The notes: a model not told the origin generated them from the letters alone. A DNA stretch of 32,000 nt from Raphidiopsis brookii D9 (GCA_000175855.1 ACYB01000035.1:494795-526794), one strand, 5' to 3'. Shown: positions 19,922 to 29,063, counted from the stretch's first letter. Numbers and translations are program-made.

Positions 19922-19943
19922 ACAACCCCATCCCCGGGTGGGG

Positions 19944-21950
19944 ATGGATAACAAAATACCAGTCCCAAATTATTCATCCATGAACACAAATCTTCTAGGA
20001 AAAACTCTGAGCGATCGCTATGTTATTATACGTCAACTAGGACAGGGGGGATTTGGACGTACCTACCTAGCTGAGGATATGAACCGATTTCGGGAGTATT
20101 GCGTTTTAAAGGAATTTTCTCCTGTTGTCCAAACTCCAGAAGCTATTCAAAAAGCTCAAGAACTCTTTGAAAGGGAAGCCACCGTACTTTATCAATTAGA
20201 ACACCCTCAAATACCCCGATTTCGGGAGTTATTGCCCATTAACCTGGAGGGAAAGGAATATCTATTTTTAGTCCAGGATTACGTCCAAGGAATAACCTAT
20301 AGCTCTTTACTCAATACTCAACAACAACAAGGGGTAAAATTTTCTGAAACTGCAGTTCGTCAACTCTTAGAGCAAATTCTACCAGTTTTGCAATACATTC
20401 ACAGCATGGGGGTGATTCATCGAGATATTTCCCCTGATAACTTAATTCTCAGAAGTTCCGATCAGTTGCCAGTACTAATTGATTTCGGAGGAGTAAAACA
20501 AGTTGCTGCAAATTTGGCTTCTCAGTATTACCAATCTGGTCAACACAATCCCAGTAGTGGCACCTTATTAGGCAAAGTGGGATTCGCACCACCGGAACAA
20601 ATGCAAACTGGTTTGGTTTATCCTCATAGCGACCTATATGCTTTGGCTGTAACTGTTTTAGTATTAATCACAGGTAAAATGCCCCAAGAAATAATTGATA
20701 CTCAAACCTTACAGTGGCAATGGCGACGAGAAGTTAGACTTAGTCCACTCCTAGGTCAAGTTTTAGACCGCATGCTCTCCTATAGACCAGGCGATCGCTA
20801 TCAAACAGCCAATCAGGTTTTAGATGCTCTTAACTACCAAAGGGTGAGTTCTCCTATCTCCCAACCCCTCACCAGTCAAACAATGGCAATTTCACCCCCT
20901 CAACCATCTACACCCATTACCTCCACAGCTGAAACCGCTAGTGTTTGGAGCACAGCTAACATAATAATGGTTACTATGGCTATGTTCACCAGTGCAGGAC
21001 TATTATGGTGGGGGTTTAATAATCGTTATCAGCCAATTAGTAGTGACACCTCTAATGTCACATCTCCCACACCCACAATCACACCATCTGTAGATCCCAC
21101 AGCTAACTACTCCCCAGAGGAAAAACAACGTAAGCAAAAATTGCGCGATCGCCTAGAAGAATTAAACATCAATTCTAAGTTCTTTACCAGTTTGGTGAAT
21201 CAGGTATTTTGGGAAAAAAACCCCAGTTTAACAGGAAGGACTCTTAGCAGCGAACCAGAGGATGAAAGTTTACGGGAAGAATGGGATAAAACTGCCATAG
21301 AAGTTGGGGAGAAACTTGCTATCCTCAGCGAAAACGCACGTAGACAGCTAGGAACTTATACATCATCCACTAGACAAAAATGGCAAATGGTAATTAACAG
21401 CAGAAACGTTAGTAGTAAGGCATTATATGACCTAGCTGATGCTGCATTTTTCCGTATTTTTCCTGATCAAAATGGTAAGAATTTTATCTCCAAACCCATC
21501 GGTCAAGTTTGGCAGGGATTTGCCAACGATAGACTTAATGACATCATGGAAAACACGGCCTGGGAAAAAATAGTATTAGATCCTGGCAATACTCCTGGTA
21601 ATACAAGTAAAATGGCTAGGGGAACTCTAGATCCAGGAGGAGGCAAAGTTTTCATTGCCAAACTGGTTAAAGACCAAAATATGCAGGTGCAACTAGATGC
21701 GAACACGGAGGTTTTACTGTCAATTTATTCTCCATCTGGTAAGACAAAATTCTTGGAAGATTCAAAATCACGTCAACTCTCCCAAATATTACCAGAAAGT
21801 GGATTTTATGAATTTGTCGTAGTTTCCACAGCATCAAAACCTGAAGACTACGAATTCTCCCTTACCATAGAAAATCCTCTCGCACCAGAACCCATAGAAA
21901 CCCCCACCCCTGAAATTACCCCGGAAACCACTCCAGAACCTGCTCAGTAA
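19944..21950 (+). CDS. Hanks-type serine/threonine protein kinase with TM segment and C-terminal extracytoplasmic-like domain
   Basis: GQGGFGRTYLA glycine loop, VLKEF, HRDISPDNLIL, DFG, GFAPPE. Ser/Thr/Pro linker, one TM (IIMVTMAMFTSAGLLWWGF), a ~280-aa C-terminal domain and a PE/PT-rich tail. The ORF-track start at 19938 is a GTG; the first ATG is 19944. Confidence 0.85.
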   Translation: MDNKIPVPNYSSMNTNLLGKTLSDRYVIIRQLGQGGFGRTYLAEDMNRFREYCVLKEFSPVVQTPEAIQKAQELFEREATVLYQLEHPQIPRFRELLPINLEGKEYLFLVQDYVQGITYSSLLNTQQQQGVKFSETAVRQLLEQILPVLQYIHSMGVIHRDISPDNLILRSSDQLPVLIDFGGVKQVAANLASQYYQSGQHNPSSGTLLGKVGFAPPEQMQTGLVYPHSDLYALAVTVLVLITGKMPQEIIDTQTLQWQWRREVRLSPLLGQVLDRMLSYRPGDRYQTANQVLDALNYQRVSSPISQPLTSQTMAISPPQPSTPITSTAETASVWSTANIIMVTMAMFTSAGLLWWGFNNRYQPISSDTSNVTSPTPTITPSVDPTANYSPEEKQRKQKLRDRLEELNINSKFFTSLVNQVFWEKNPSLTGRTLSSEPEDESLREEWDKTAIEVGEKLAILSENARRQLGTYTSSTRQKWQMVINSRNVSSKALYDLADAAFFRIFPDQNGKNFISKPIGQVWQGFANDRLNDIMENTAWEKIVLDPGNTPGNTSKMARGTLDPGGGKVFIAKLVKDQNMQVQLDANTEVLLSIYSPSGKTKFLEDSKSRQLSQILPESGFYEFVVVSTASKPEDYEFSLTIENPLAPEPIETPTPEITPETTPEPAQ

Positions 21951-21983
21951 AAATACTAACATCAACAAATGGTTTCATAAATT

Positions 21984-22136
21984 ATGAACAAAATCGTGGG
22001 AAAGGATGAAAGCAACCCTGATAAAAACAACCCAACCGGGTATCAAGAGGAAAAGATTCTTTGTCCCCATTGTAAACGTACTGCTACTAATGGAATTAAG
22101 TGTAAAGGAATTTGTGTGGCTGACAGTAACTACTGA
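21984..22136 (+). CDS. Small Cys4 (CxxC...CxxxC) protein, 50 aa
   Basis: Found by hand: MNKIVGKDESNPDKNNPTGYQEEKILCPHCKRTATNGIKCKGICVADSNY. It fills the otherwise empty gap between the kinase gene and wecB. Zinc-ribbon-like cysteine spacing. Expression not established. Confidence 0.45.
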   Translation: MNKIVGKDESNPDKNNPTGYQEEKILCPHCKRTATNGIKCKGICVADSNY

Positions 22137-22151
22137 TAATCATAACTAATA

Positions 22152-23273
22152 TCACACTCCGTCCACGGTCAGACCTAAATAGTTGCGAACAATTTTCAAT
22201 ATTCGCTCTGCTGCATGACCATCCCCAAAAGGATTAATAGCATTTGCCATTGATAAATATGCTTCCCTATCACTTAACAACTCACTAGCAGCAGTTACAA
22301 TTCTATCTGTTTGTGTTCCCACTAATTTAGCCGTACCCGCTGTTATCGCTTCTGGTCTTTCTGTAGTATCTCTAAGCACTAACACAGGTTTACCAAGACT
22401 GGGTGCTTCTTCTTGCAGTCCACCAGAGTCTGTCAACAATAAGTAAGAGCGCCCTATTGCTCCTACTAATTCCGCATAATCTAATGGTTCTGTTAAAAAA
22501 ATCCGGGGGTGTTTACCTAATATTTCTTGTAATGGTTCTCTAACAGTAGGATTTTTATGTAGTGGTAATAATAAAGCTGTGTCGGAAAACCGATCTAAAA
22601 TTTCTAGAAAACCTTGAGCAATTGCTTGTAGTGGTTCCCCCCAATTTTCTCGTCGGTGAACCGTGGCTAAAATAGTTCTATATTCTCCCCACTTTAAACC
22701 CGGTATATCACAAGCTGGGTTGGCTTTTGCTACGTTCAACAATGCATCAATTACGGTGTTACCAGTCAGGTGGATTTCTCCTAAAACACCAGAATTCTGT
22801 AAGTTAGTCACCGCTAAGGAGGTAGGTGCAAAATGTAATTGACTAATTTGGGAAATTAATCTTCTGTTAGCTTCTTCTGGATAGGGATTAAACAGATCGT
22901 CAGTTCTCAACCCCGCTTCCAAATGACCTACAGGAATTTGCTGGTAAAAAGCTCCTAAAGCTGCTGCAAAGGCAGTTGTTGTATCTCCCTGAACAATCAC
23001 TAAGTCTATATTTAGCTTTTTATATAAAGTCTCTAAACCTTGCAAACTCCTACATGTAATATCATTAAGAGACTGTTTGGGCTGCATAATTTCTAGATCC
23101 CAATCCGCTTTCAAATTAAACAGCACCATTACTTGTGCGACCATTTCCTTATGCTGTCCCGTAAGAATTACTTCCACTTCTAAGTCCACAGCAGTTTTAA
23201 ATATCTGAATTACTGGTGCTAGTTTAATTGCTTCAGGACGAGTACCTAAAACAATGCCAATTTTTTTAGTCAT
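22152..23273 (-). CDS. wecB: UDP-N-acetylglucosamine 2-epimerase (non-hydrolysing)
   Basis: 373 aa. GTRPEAIKLAPV, QGDTTTAFAAALGAFY, HLEAGLRT, VHRRENWGEP, LLTDSGGLQEEAPSLGKPVLVLRDTTERPE: full WecB/MnaA motif set. Confidence 0.9.
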   Translation of the reverse strand: MTKKIGIVLGTRPEAIKLAPVIQIFKTAVDLEVEVILTGQHKEMVAQVMVLFNLKADWDLEIMQPKQSLNDITCRSLQGLETLYKKLNIDLVIVQGDTTTAFAAALGAFYQQIPVGHLEAGLRTDDLFNPYPEEANRRLISQISQLHFAPTSLAVTNLQNSGVLGEIHLTGNTVIDALLNVAKANPACDIPGLKWGEYRTILATVHRRENWGEPLQAIAQGFLEILDRFSDTALLLPLHKNPTVREPLQEILGKHPRIFLTEPLDYAELVGAIGRSYLLLTDSGGLQEEAPSLGKPVLVLRDTTERPEAITAGTAKLVGTQTDRIVTAASELLSDREAYLSMANAINPFGDGHAAERILKIVRNYLGLTVDGV

Positions 23274-23375
23274 TACTTATTGAAGTATTGGTCATGAAAT
23301 ACTACAGTAGCCATAATTCTATCCCAAATCATTCCCATTCATCAAAACAAAATTTTTTCCCTTCTCTTAAACACG

Positions 23376-23397
23376 AAAAAACCCGGTTTAACCGGGC
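23376..23397 (-). terminator. Candidate intrinsic terminator (reverse strand)
   Basis: Reverse strand reads GCCCGGTTAAACCGGGTTTTTT: GC-rich stem CCCGG/CCGGG followed by a T6 run. Lies downstream of the 23554-23925 gene and upstream of wecB. Confidence 0.55.
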
Positions 23398-23553
23398 AGA
23401 TGGACTGTTTACTAAATTTGACCTATCAAGTTGTAGCTCCAACCAGAACTCTATAAACAGAGTTCATGGCTAAAAATGAGATTTGGGTAGGCGATCGCCT
23501 ACCCTCCTTATAGGTAGCTACCGCTATTAATTGACATGTCAAACTTATATTAA

Positions 23554-23925
23554 TCATTTAATCTCACAAGTTAAAGGACAAGAAGCATAAACGGTAGTTT
23601 GCAACCTTTCCGCATCACCATATAGCCAACTTAACCACTTAACTTCTTTGGGATGAACACTCTTAGCAGTCAAGACACCCGCCACGATTAAAACTGACAT
23701 AACATTGAAAATTACTAAAGCACCTGCTACGAGTAAAACAGCGCTCGCAGGCATAACAGATTGCAAAACAATAGAGAGTAAGCAACCTACTGTAGCCATA
23801 ACTACAACTAGTGGAAAACCTACTACTAACAAGCACACTGCTAATGTGAAAGTCCAAATTAAAAAGCTTTTCATCATTAACAAGGAGTACATCTTCCCTT
23901 GATTAGAGCTTTGAGCCACAACCAT
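23554..23925 (-). CDS. Hypothetical small membrane protein (3 predicted TM helices)
   Basis: 123-aa ORF. AGGAGG lies about 8 nt upstream of the ATG at 23925. Three long hydrophobic stretches. No recognisable family. Confidence 0.6.
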   Translation of the reverse strand: MVVAQSSNQGKMYSLLMMKSFLIWTFTLAVCLLVVGFPLVVVMATVGCLLSIVLQSVMPASAVLLVAGALVIFNVMSVLIVAGVLTAKSVHPKEVKWLSWLYGDAERLQTTVYASCPLTCEIK

Positions 23926-24369
23926 GATCTTTCCTCCTAAAATTACACAGCAAGGTTTAAAGTTGAATTTCAGTTTTGCTCAATTCTTGAGATCACTGTT
24001 TTCATTCAGTGAAATTCAGTATATAGAACCTGAAGAAAAAGATGAGCATTTCTTTATTAATCTTTACACTTAATCTTTCGTAATCATGAATTTGATGCCC
24101 AAATCGGATTTGGTTCACTACTCCCAATTCCCCATATATCCCTAGATATATAACTTTGTGAATAGCAATCTCCATGAATCTTACCCAAAATCCGTCTCCT
24201 AACTCGCTTAATATTTCTTAACAAAAGTCTCCTTGTCTCTCATAATTGAAATGGGAAATAAAAGGCTAGTAGTGACCTATAATCCAGATAACGCGGTTCC
24301 ACAAAAATAAATGCTCTGCATTGACAGTGACCAGTGTTAACAACAAACAACAGGTATTAACTAAATTTA

Positions 24370-25146
24370 ATGAGTGTTTATAACTTAGGTACAAATATAG
24401 ATAAACCATCTTTACCTCAAGTGTTTAAAGGGATTGCCTTGTTTACACCTGGGGGAGATTTAATTTACTGTATTGATCCGAGTAAACAGAAGCGATGGCA
24501 TTTGCATTTGTGTGGGGTCTTGCAGGAAATACTGAATCTATCAGAACCTCCCCATTTTCTGGTTCCTTGTTATACAGCCACAATTGATCATTGGTTAAAT
24601 CCACGTACACAAAAAATACAGACATTTGCGGAGGCTTATCCTGCGGTAATGAGCTATCAGCCAGTATTGGGAGCAATTTTTGGGACAGGAAATGAGGTGT
24701 GGCAAAGGTCACCTTGGCGAGAGGATGTATGTGATCTCATGGTAATAGAGAGTTATCGTTCAACCTTTCCCGAATTATGGGAGGATCACGATTTGATCGT
24801 GCGTTTAGATAGCATGTCCATGCCATATTCACAGAAGCATGTCAATCAAAAACAGATAATACAGAATCATGAAGTTTATGTTTTACGTTTATTTGTTGCT
24901 GGTCATAACATGTCCACTGAAAGAATTTTAGAGAAACTACATGAATTATTAGAAGATTACTTAGGGGTTCCTTACACTCTCAAGGTAATTGATGTTTTAA
25001 CACATCCGGAGCAAGCGGAAATAGATCAGGTTTCAGCCACACCCACATTAGTTAAGATTTGGCCCCATCCTGTTCGTAGGATAGTTGGTGATTTGGATAA
25101 TGTGGAAAAGGTGTTACACACCCTGGGTAAAAAAGATAATTTTTAG
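24370..25146 (+). CDS. Elongated KaiB-domain protein (unknown ~160-aa N-terminal domain + C-terminal KaiB/thioredoxin-like fold)
   Basis: The C-terminal ~95 aa, VYVLRLFVAGHNMSTERILEKLHELLEDYLGVPYTLKVIDVLTHPEQAEIDQVSATPTLVKIWPHPVRRIVGDLDNVEKVL, aligns by eye along the whole of canonical KaiB (LKLYVAG...ALKVIDVL..P.LAE.D.I.ATPTL.K..P.PVRRIIGDLS..EKVL). Confidence 0.8.
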   Translation: MSVYNLGTNIDKPSLPQVFKGIALFTPGGDLIYCIDPSKQKRWHLHLCGVLQEILNLSEPPHFLVPCYTATIDHWLNPRTQKIQTFAEAYPAVMSYQPVLGAIFGTGNEVWQRSPWREDVCDLMVIESYRSTFPELWEDHDLIVRLDSMSMPYSQKHVNQKQIIQNHEVYVLRLFVAGHNMSTERILEKLHELLEDYLGVPYTLKVIDVLTHPEQAEIDQVSATPTLVKIWPHPVRRIVGDLDNVEKVLHTLGKKDNF

Positions 25147-25233
25147 GAGTGGGAAATCAATCCTTGGCGAATAAGTATTATAATGTGTGAGTGATATAAA
25201 GATCCTAACCTATTTAAACCTACAGTGGAAAGT

Positions 25234-26010
25234 ATGTATTTTACCTGGCTTGACAGTAACAGTTGGCTATTAGAAATTGGGGGGTGGCGTATTCTTTTAG
25301 ATCCCTGGTTGGTAGGAGATTTAACCTTTAATAATGTAGATTGGCTATTCAAAAGTTATCGCCTGCAGGATCGCCCCATACCAAACAATATAGACTTAAT
25401 TTTGTTGTCTCAAGGTTTGGAAGATCATGCTCATCCACCGACTCTTAAACAGTTAGACAGACATATACCTGTTCTGGGTTCTCCTCAAGCAGCTAAGGTG
25501 GTAGAAAAATTGGGATATCATCAAGTGAAGAGTCTCCATCATGGTGAGAGTTTCACCTTAGAGGATACTTTAAATAACAATTTAAAAGACCAACTAGAAA
25601 TTAAAGCCCTTCCTGGCTCTCCTGTAGGACCCAATGTGAGAGAAAATGGTTACGTGATCCGAAATATATCTAATAAAATGAGCTTATACTATGAACCACA
25701 TGGTTATCATTCATCCGCACTTGAAGAATTGAGTCCAGTAGATGTAGTTATCACACCTATAATTAACTTATCCTTGCCTCTCTTAGGTCCAGTAATTAAA
25801 GGTATGAATAGTGCTTTGGAAGTTGCCAAATTGTTAAAACCCCAAATTATGCTCCCCACTGCTGCTGGTGGAGATGTGTTCTTTGATGGGATATTAAGTA
25901 AAGTATTACAAGCACAGGGGAATGTGGCAGAATTTAAAGAGTTATTAGAAGTAAATAGTTTATCTACACAGGTAATTGAACCTAAACCTGGGGAGAGGAT
26001 TTCCGTTTAG
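25234..26010 (+). CDS. MBL-fold metallo-hydrolase
   Basis: WLLEIGGWRILLDPWLVG followed by LSQGLEDHAHPPTL (a degenerate HxHxDH-region) is typical of the beta-lactamase-fold hydrolase family. The ORF-track start at 25225 is a GTG; the first ATG is 25234. Confidence 0.7.
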   Translation: MYFTWLDSNSWLLEIGGWRILLDPWLVGDLTFNNVDWLFKSYRLQDRPIPNNIDLILLSQGLEDHAHPPTLKQLDRHIPVLGSPQAAKVVEKLGYHQVKSLHHGESFTLEDTLNNNLKDQLEIKALPGSPVGPNVRENGYVIRNISNKMSLYYEPHGYHSSALEELSPVDVVITPIINLSLPLLGPVIKGMNSALEVAKLLKPQIMLPTAAGGDVFFDGILSKVLQAQGNVAEFKELLEVNSLSTQVIEPKPGERISV

Positions 26011-26036
26011 GAAGATGGCGAATGGTAGTATGAGAT

Positions 26037-27683
26037 ATGGACTGGATTAATTTATTGAGATCCCTACAGTCAGATTTTATTAAAAGATTAAATTCTGGTT
26101 GTTTATTAAATTGTGAAATACCAGGAAGTCATAGTGAATTAACAATTATTTCCGGACAAAGACTGAAATCTCTCAGGGAATTTTGCTGGTCCATGGCGGA
26201 AAAGTATAAGCGTAGCTCTACGGTACGCGATGTGTTTGTTAGTAATCTTAAAGGTAAATTAGGCGAAGAAGTCGTTAAAGAACGATTGGCAGATTTTATC
26301 ACTGAGGTTGATTATGAAAAGCGTTTAGGTGGGGATGGTAAAAGTGATTTTACTGTCACTGCACATCCTTGGATTGGGATAGAAGTTAAATCTCGTCATG
26401 GGGATTTTGATAAGGTAAGATGGTCTGTGAGTTCCCAAGAGGTAGGAAAAAATGCCGTTATTGTTTGTATTTTAATTCGGGAGGAGGTGACAGAAGCTCA
26501 ATTAGCATATCATCTTTTTTTAGCTGGGTTTCTCCCCACAAAAATGATTAAGTTAAAAACTGGCAGAATTTCGTTTGGTATTGATCAGTTATTATATGGT
26601 GGAGGTTTATTACCATATTTAGAAGATTTACCAGCCATGATTAGTAATGGCATTTCTCAGAAAGCAATTTCATCTAATACAAGCGGTTTATACAACTCAC
26701 ATAATTTATACAATTTACAAAAGCACGCGCCAGATATGGGGGGAGATATAGTAGAGTTTTATGTGAAATTGGGGGATAAACATTTTGATCATGGTGACTA
26801 TATTGTGGCAATTAGTAATTATAGTCAAGCATTACAAAACAATAAAAAAAACAGTTATTACCAAGAGGAACTCCGATCTGAACTTAATCTCAGCCATAAA
26901 TATGCTGATAATATTAGTAATATTGATATTCATGCCTATTATAAACTTGGTTTAGCCTATTATCAATTAGGCGATTATGACATGGCAATTTCCAACTATA
27001 ACCAGGTAATCAATGCCAATGTAAATCATAGCAATGCTTATAATAAAAGAGGTTTAGCCCATTATAAGTCACGTAATTATCACAGCGCCATAGAAGATTT
27101 TAGCCAGGCAATTTCTATCAACCCCGAATTAGCAATTAACTACAAAAATCGAGCCGAAGCTCGTTATTTAATAGGAGATTATCAAGGAGCAATAGAAGAC
27201 TATAGTCAAGTACTTAGTATTCATCCCGATTTGTTAGATCAGCCAATATTGGTAGGAGATATAGGAGAATTATTTAACATCAAATGCCATGATGAAGTTA
27301 TTTATAAAAATCGAGCCGATCATCTCTATCAGCTAGGAGAATATGAAGAAGCAGTAGAAAACTATAATCAGGCGATCGCTCTAAATATTAACTATGTGGA
27401 TGCCTATTATCAACGAGGTAAAATATATTTTAATAGGGGAATATATGAAGCAGCGGTGGATGATTTTAGCATGGTTATCAAAACTCAACCCAATTATGGT
27501 GATGCATATTATTATAGAGGGAACTGCTGGTTAATTATGGGAAATAAACAGACAGCAAGTGGAGATTTTAAAAAGGCGGCGGATATATATTGGCAAGATG
27601 GTAGGTTAGCAGAATACAAACAAACCCAAGCCATGATTTTAGAGGTGGAAATTGAACAATCCCTGGATATTCTAGATTTCTGA
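26037..27683 (+). CDS. Fusion protein: N-terminal PD-(D/E)xK nuclease-like domain + C-terminal TPR repeat array
   Basis: 548 aa. N-terminal part has GKLGEEVVKERL (E77/E78), GKSD104F and IGIE116VK118SR, the E...D...ExK layout of the restriction-endonuclease-like fold. From ~aa 235 there are at least 7 TPR-like units (AYYKLGLAYYQLGDYDMAISNYNQVI, AYNKRGLAHYKSRNYHSAIEDFSQAI, ...). Confidence 0.7.
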   Translation: MDWINLLRSLQSDFIKRLNSGCLLNCEIPGSHSELTIISGQRLKSLREFCWSMAEKYKRSSTVRDVFVSNLKGKLGEEVVKERLADFITEVDYEKRLGGDGKSDFTVTAHPWIGIEVKSRHGDFDKVRWSVSSQEVGKNAVIVCILIREEVTEAQLAYHLFLAGFLPTKMIKLKTGRISFGIDQLLYGGGLLPYLEDLPAMISNGISQKAISSNTSGLYNSHNLYNLQKHAPDMGGDIVEFYVKLGDKHFDHGDYIVAISNYSQALQNNKKNSYYQEELRSELNLSHKYADNISNIDIHAYYKLGLAYYQLGDYDMAISNYNQVINANVNHSNAYNKRGLAHYKSRNYHSAIEDFSQAISINPELAINYKNRAEARYLIGDYQGAIEDYSQVLSIHPDLLDQPILVGDIGELFNIKCHDEVIYKNRADHLYQLGEYEEAVENYNQAIALNINYVDAYYQRGKIYFNRGIYEAAVDDFSMVIKTQPNYGDAYYYRGNCWLIMGNKQTASGDFKKAADIYWQDGRLAEYKQTQAMILEVEIEQSLDILDF

Positions 27684-27695
27684 TGGATTTTCAAC

Positions 27696-27720
27696 GAGAA
27701 TCAATGATGGATTGGTTGAA
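27696..27720 (-). repeat. 25-nt orphan copy of an internal psbA segment
   Basis: GAGAATCAATGATGGATTGGTTGAA at 27696-27720 is identical to 28039-28063 inside psbA (codons for FNQSIIDS on the reverse strand), in the same orientation, 164 nt beyond the psbA stop. Confidence 0.8.
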
Positions 27721-27721
27721 T

Positions 27722-27750
27722 GTGAGTTTTTAAAAAGAGCGATCGCATTT
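27722..27750. repeat. Left copy of the direct repeat bracketing the psbA unit
   Basis: GTGAGTTTTTAAAAAGaGCGATCGCATTT. The first 25 nt match 29149-29173 at 24/25. The trailing GCGATCGCATTT also matches 29190-29201. Confidence 0.8.
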
Positions 27751-27833
27751 ATTTAGGGAGAACAAAAATACTGGAATTAAAAAGGAGAATGGGGTAATTG
27801 AAAGTCTGATAAAGTCTTAAAGTATACCTAAAG

Positions 27834-27861
27834 AAAAAAGCCCCCCACCAGGTGAGGAGCT
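27834..27861 (-). terminator. psbA intrinsic terminator
   Basis: Reverse-strand RNA AGCUCCUCACCUGGUGGGGGGCUUUUUU has a GC-rich stem (with G.U pairs) followed by a U6 run, starting about 22 nt after the psbA stop. Confidence 0.7.
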
Positions 27862-27883
27862 TTTCATTTACAAGTATTGGTTA

Positions 27884-28966
27884 TTAACCGTTGATTGCGG
27901 GTGCAGTTAATGCTACAGGAGCTACCTCACCAGCTGCTAAATCCAAGGGGAAGTTGTGAGCATTGCGCTCGTGCATTACTTCCATACCCAGGTTAGCGCG
28001 GTTGATTACATCCGCCCAGGTTCCGATTACACGACCTTGAGAATCAATGATGGATTGGTTGAAGTTGAATCCATTCAGGTTGAATGCCATGGTGCTTACA
28101 CCCAGTGCTGTAAACCAGATTCCTACTACTGGCCATGCAGCCAAGAAGAAGTGTAGTGAACGGCTGTTGTTGAATGAAGCATATTGGAATATCAAGCGAC
28201 CGAAGTAACCGTGTGCTGCTACGATGTTATAGGTTTCTTCCTCTTGTCCGAACTTGTAACCATAGTTTTGAGACTCGGTTTCGGTTGTTTCTCTGACTAA
28301 GGAGGAGGTTACCAAGGAACCGTGCATAGCGCTGAACAAGCTACCACCGAATACACCTGCTACACCCAACATGTGGAAGGGGTGCATCAGAATGTTATGT
28401 TCTGCTTGGAACACAATCATGAAGTTGAAGGTGCCAGAGATACCTAAAGGCATACCATCGGAGAAGGAACCTTGTCCAATGGGGTAGATTAGGAATACTG
28501 CGGTAGCAGCTGCCAAAGGTGCTGAGAAAGCTACGCAAATCCAAGGGCGCATACCTAAACGGAAGGAGAGTTCCCATTCACGACCTAGGTAGCAGGCTAC
28601 ACCAATCAAGAAGTGGAAGATTACTAGTTGGTAAGGACCACCATTGTATAACCATTCATCTAAGGAAGCAGCTTCCCAAATTGGGTAGAAGTGCAAACCA
28701 ATAGCGTTAGAAGAGGGAACAACTGCACCGGAGATGATGTTGTTACCATACATTAAGGAACCAGCAACGGGTTCACGGATACCATCGATATCAACTGGGG
28801 GAGCAGCGATAAAAGCGATGATGAAGCAAGTAGTAGCTGCGAGTAGGGTGGGGATCATTAACACACCAAACCAGCCAATATAGAGGCGGTTGTTGGTGCT
28901 GGTGATGAATTCGCAGAAGCGGTCCCAGATGTTAGCACTCTGGCGCTGTTGAATGGCGGTGGTCAT
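27884..28966 (-). CDS. psbA: Photosystem II reaction centre protein D1 (Glu130 / D1:2-like form)
   Basis: 360 aa. [42 protein letters not shown] ... [13 protein letters not shown] plus a C-terminal extension. Counting from Met1, residue 130 is Glu (YLGRE130WELS). Confidence 0.97.
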   Translation of the reverse strand: MTTAIQQRQSANIWDRFCEFITSTNNRLYIGWFGVLMIPTLLAATTCFIIAFIAAPPVDIDGIREPVAGSLMYGNNIISGAVVPSSNAIGLHFYPIWEAASLDEWLYNGGPYQLVIFHFLIGVACYLGREWELSFRLGMRPWICVAFSAPLAAATAVFLIYPIGQGSFSDGMPLGISGTFNFMIVFQAEHNILMHPFHMLGVAGVFGGSLFSAMHGSLVTSSLVRETTETESQNYGYKFGQEEETYNIVAAHGYFGRLIFQYASFNNSRSLHFFLAAWPVVGIWFTALGVSTMAFNLNGFNFNQSIIDSQGRVIGTWADVINRANLGMEVMHERNAHNFPLDLAAGEVAPVALTAPAING

Positions 28967-29034
28967 GGTTTTATAATTGCGGTTTTATCAGAGGTTTATG
29001 TATGTTCCGGTAGGTGTTTCTACCTTATGAACTT

Positions 29035-29063
29035 ATATTAAGACAAATGTTTAGATTTGTAAA
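29035..29063 (-). promoter_or_regulatory. psbA promoter (-35 TTTACA / 17 nt / -10 TAATAT)
   Basis: Reverse strand reads TTTACA (29063-29058), a 17-nt spacer, then TAATAT (29040-29035), about 70 nt upstream of the psbA ATG. The -35 lies in a palindrome TTGTAAA-gagttt-TTTACAA. Confidence 0.6.

Noticed and set aside
23288-23473. 61-aa plus-strand ORF between wecB and the membrane-protein gene
   Set aside because: Ser/Asn/His-rich low-complexity product. The region is better explained by reverse-strand hairpins and a terminator.
23663-23902. ORFs 23663-23857(-) and 23705-23902(+)
   Set aside because: They are nested in or antisense to the 123-aa membrane-protein ORF, which has a strong AGGAGG ribosome-binding site.
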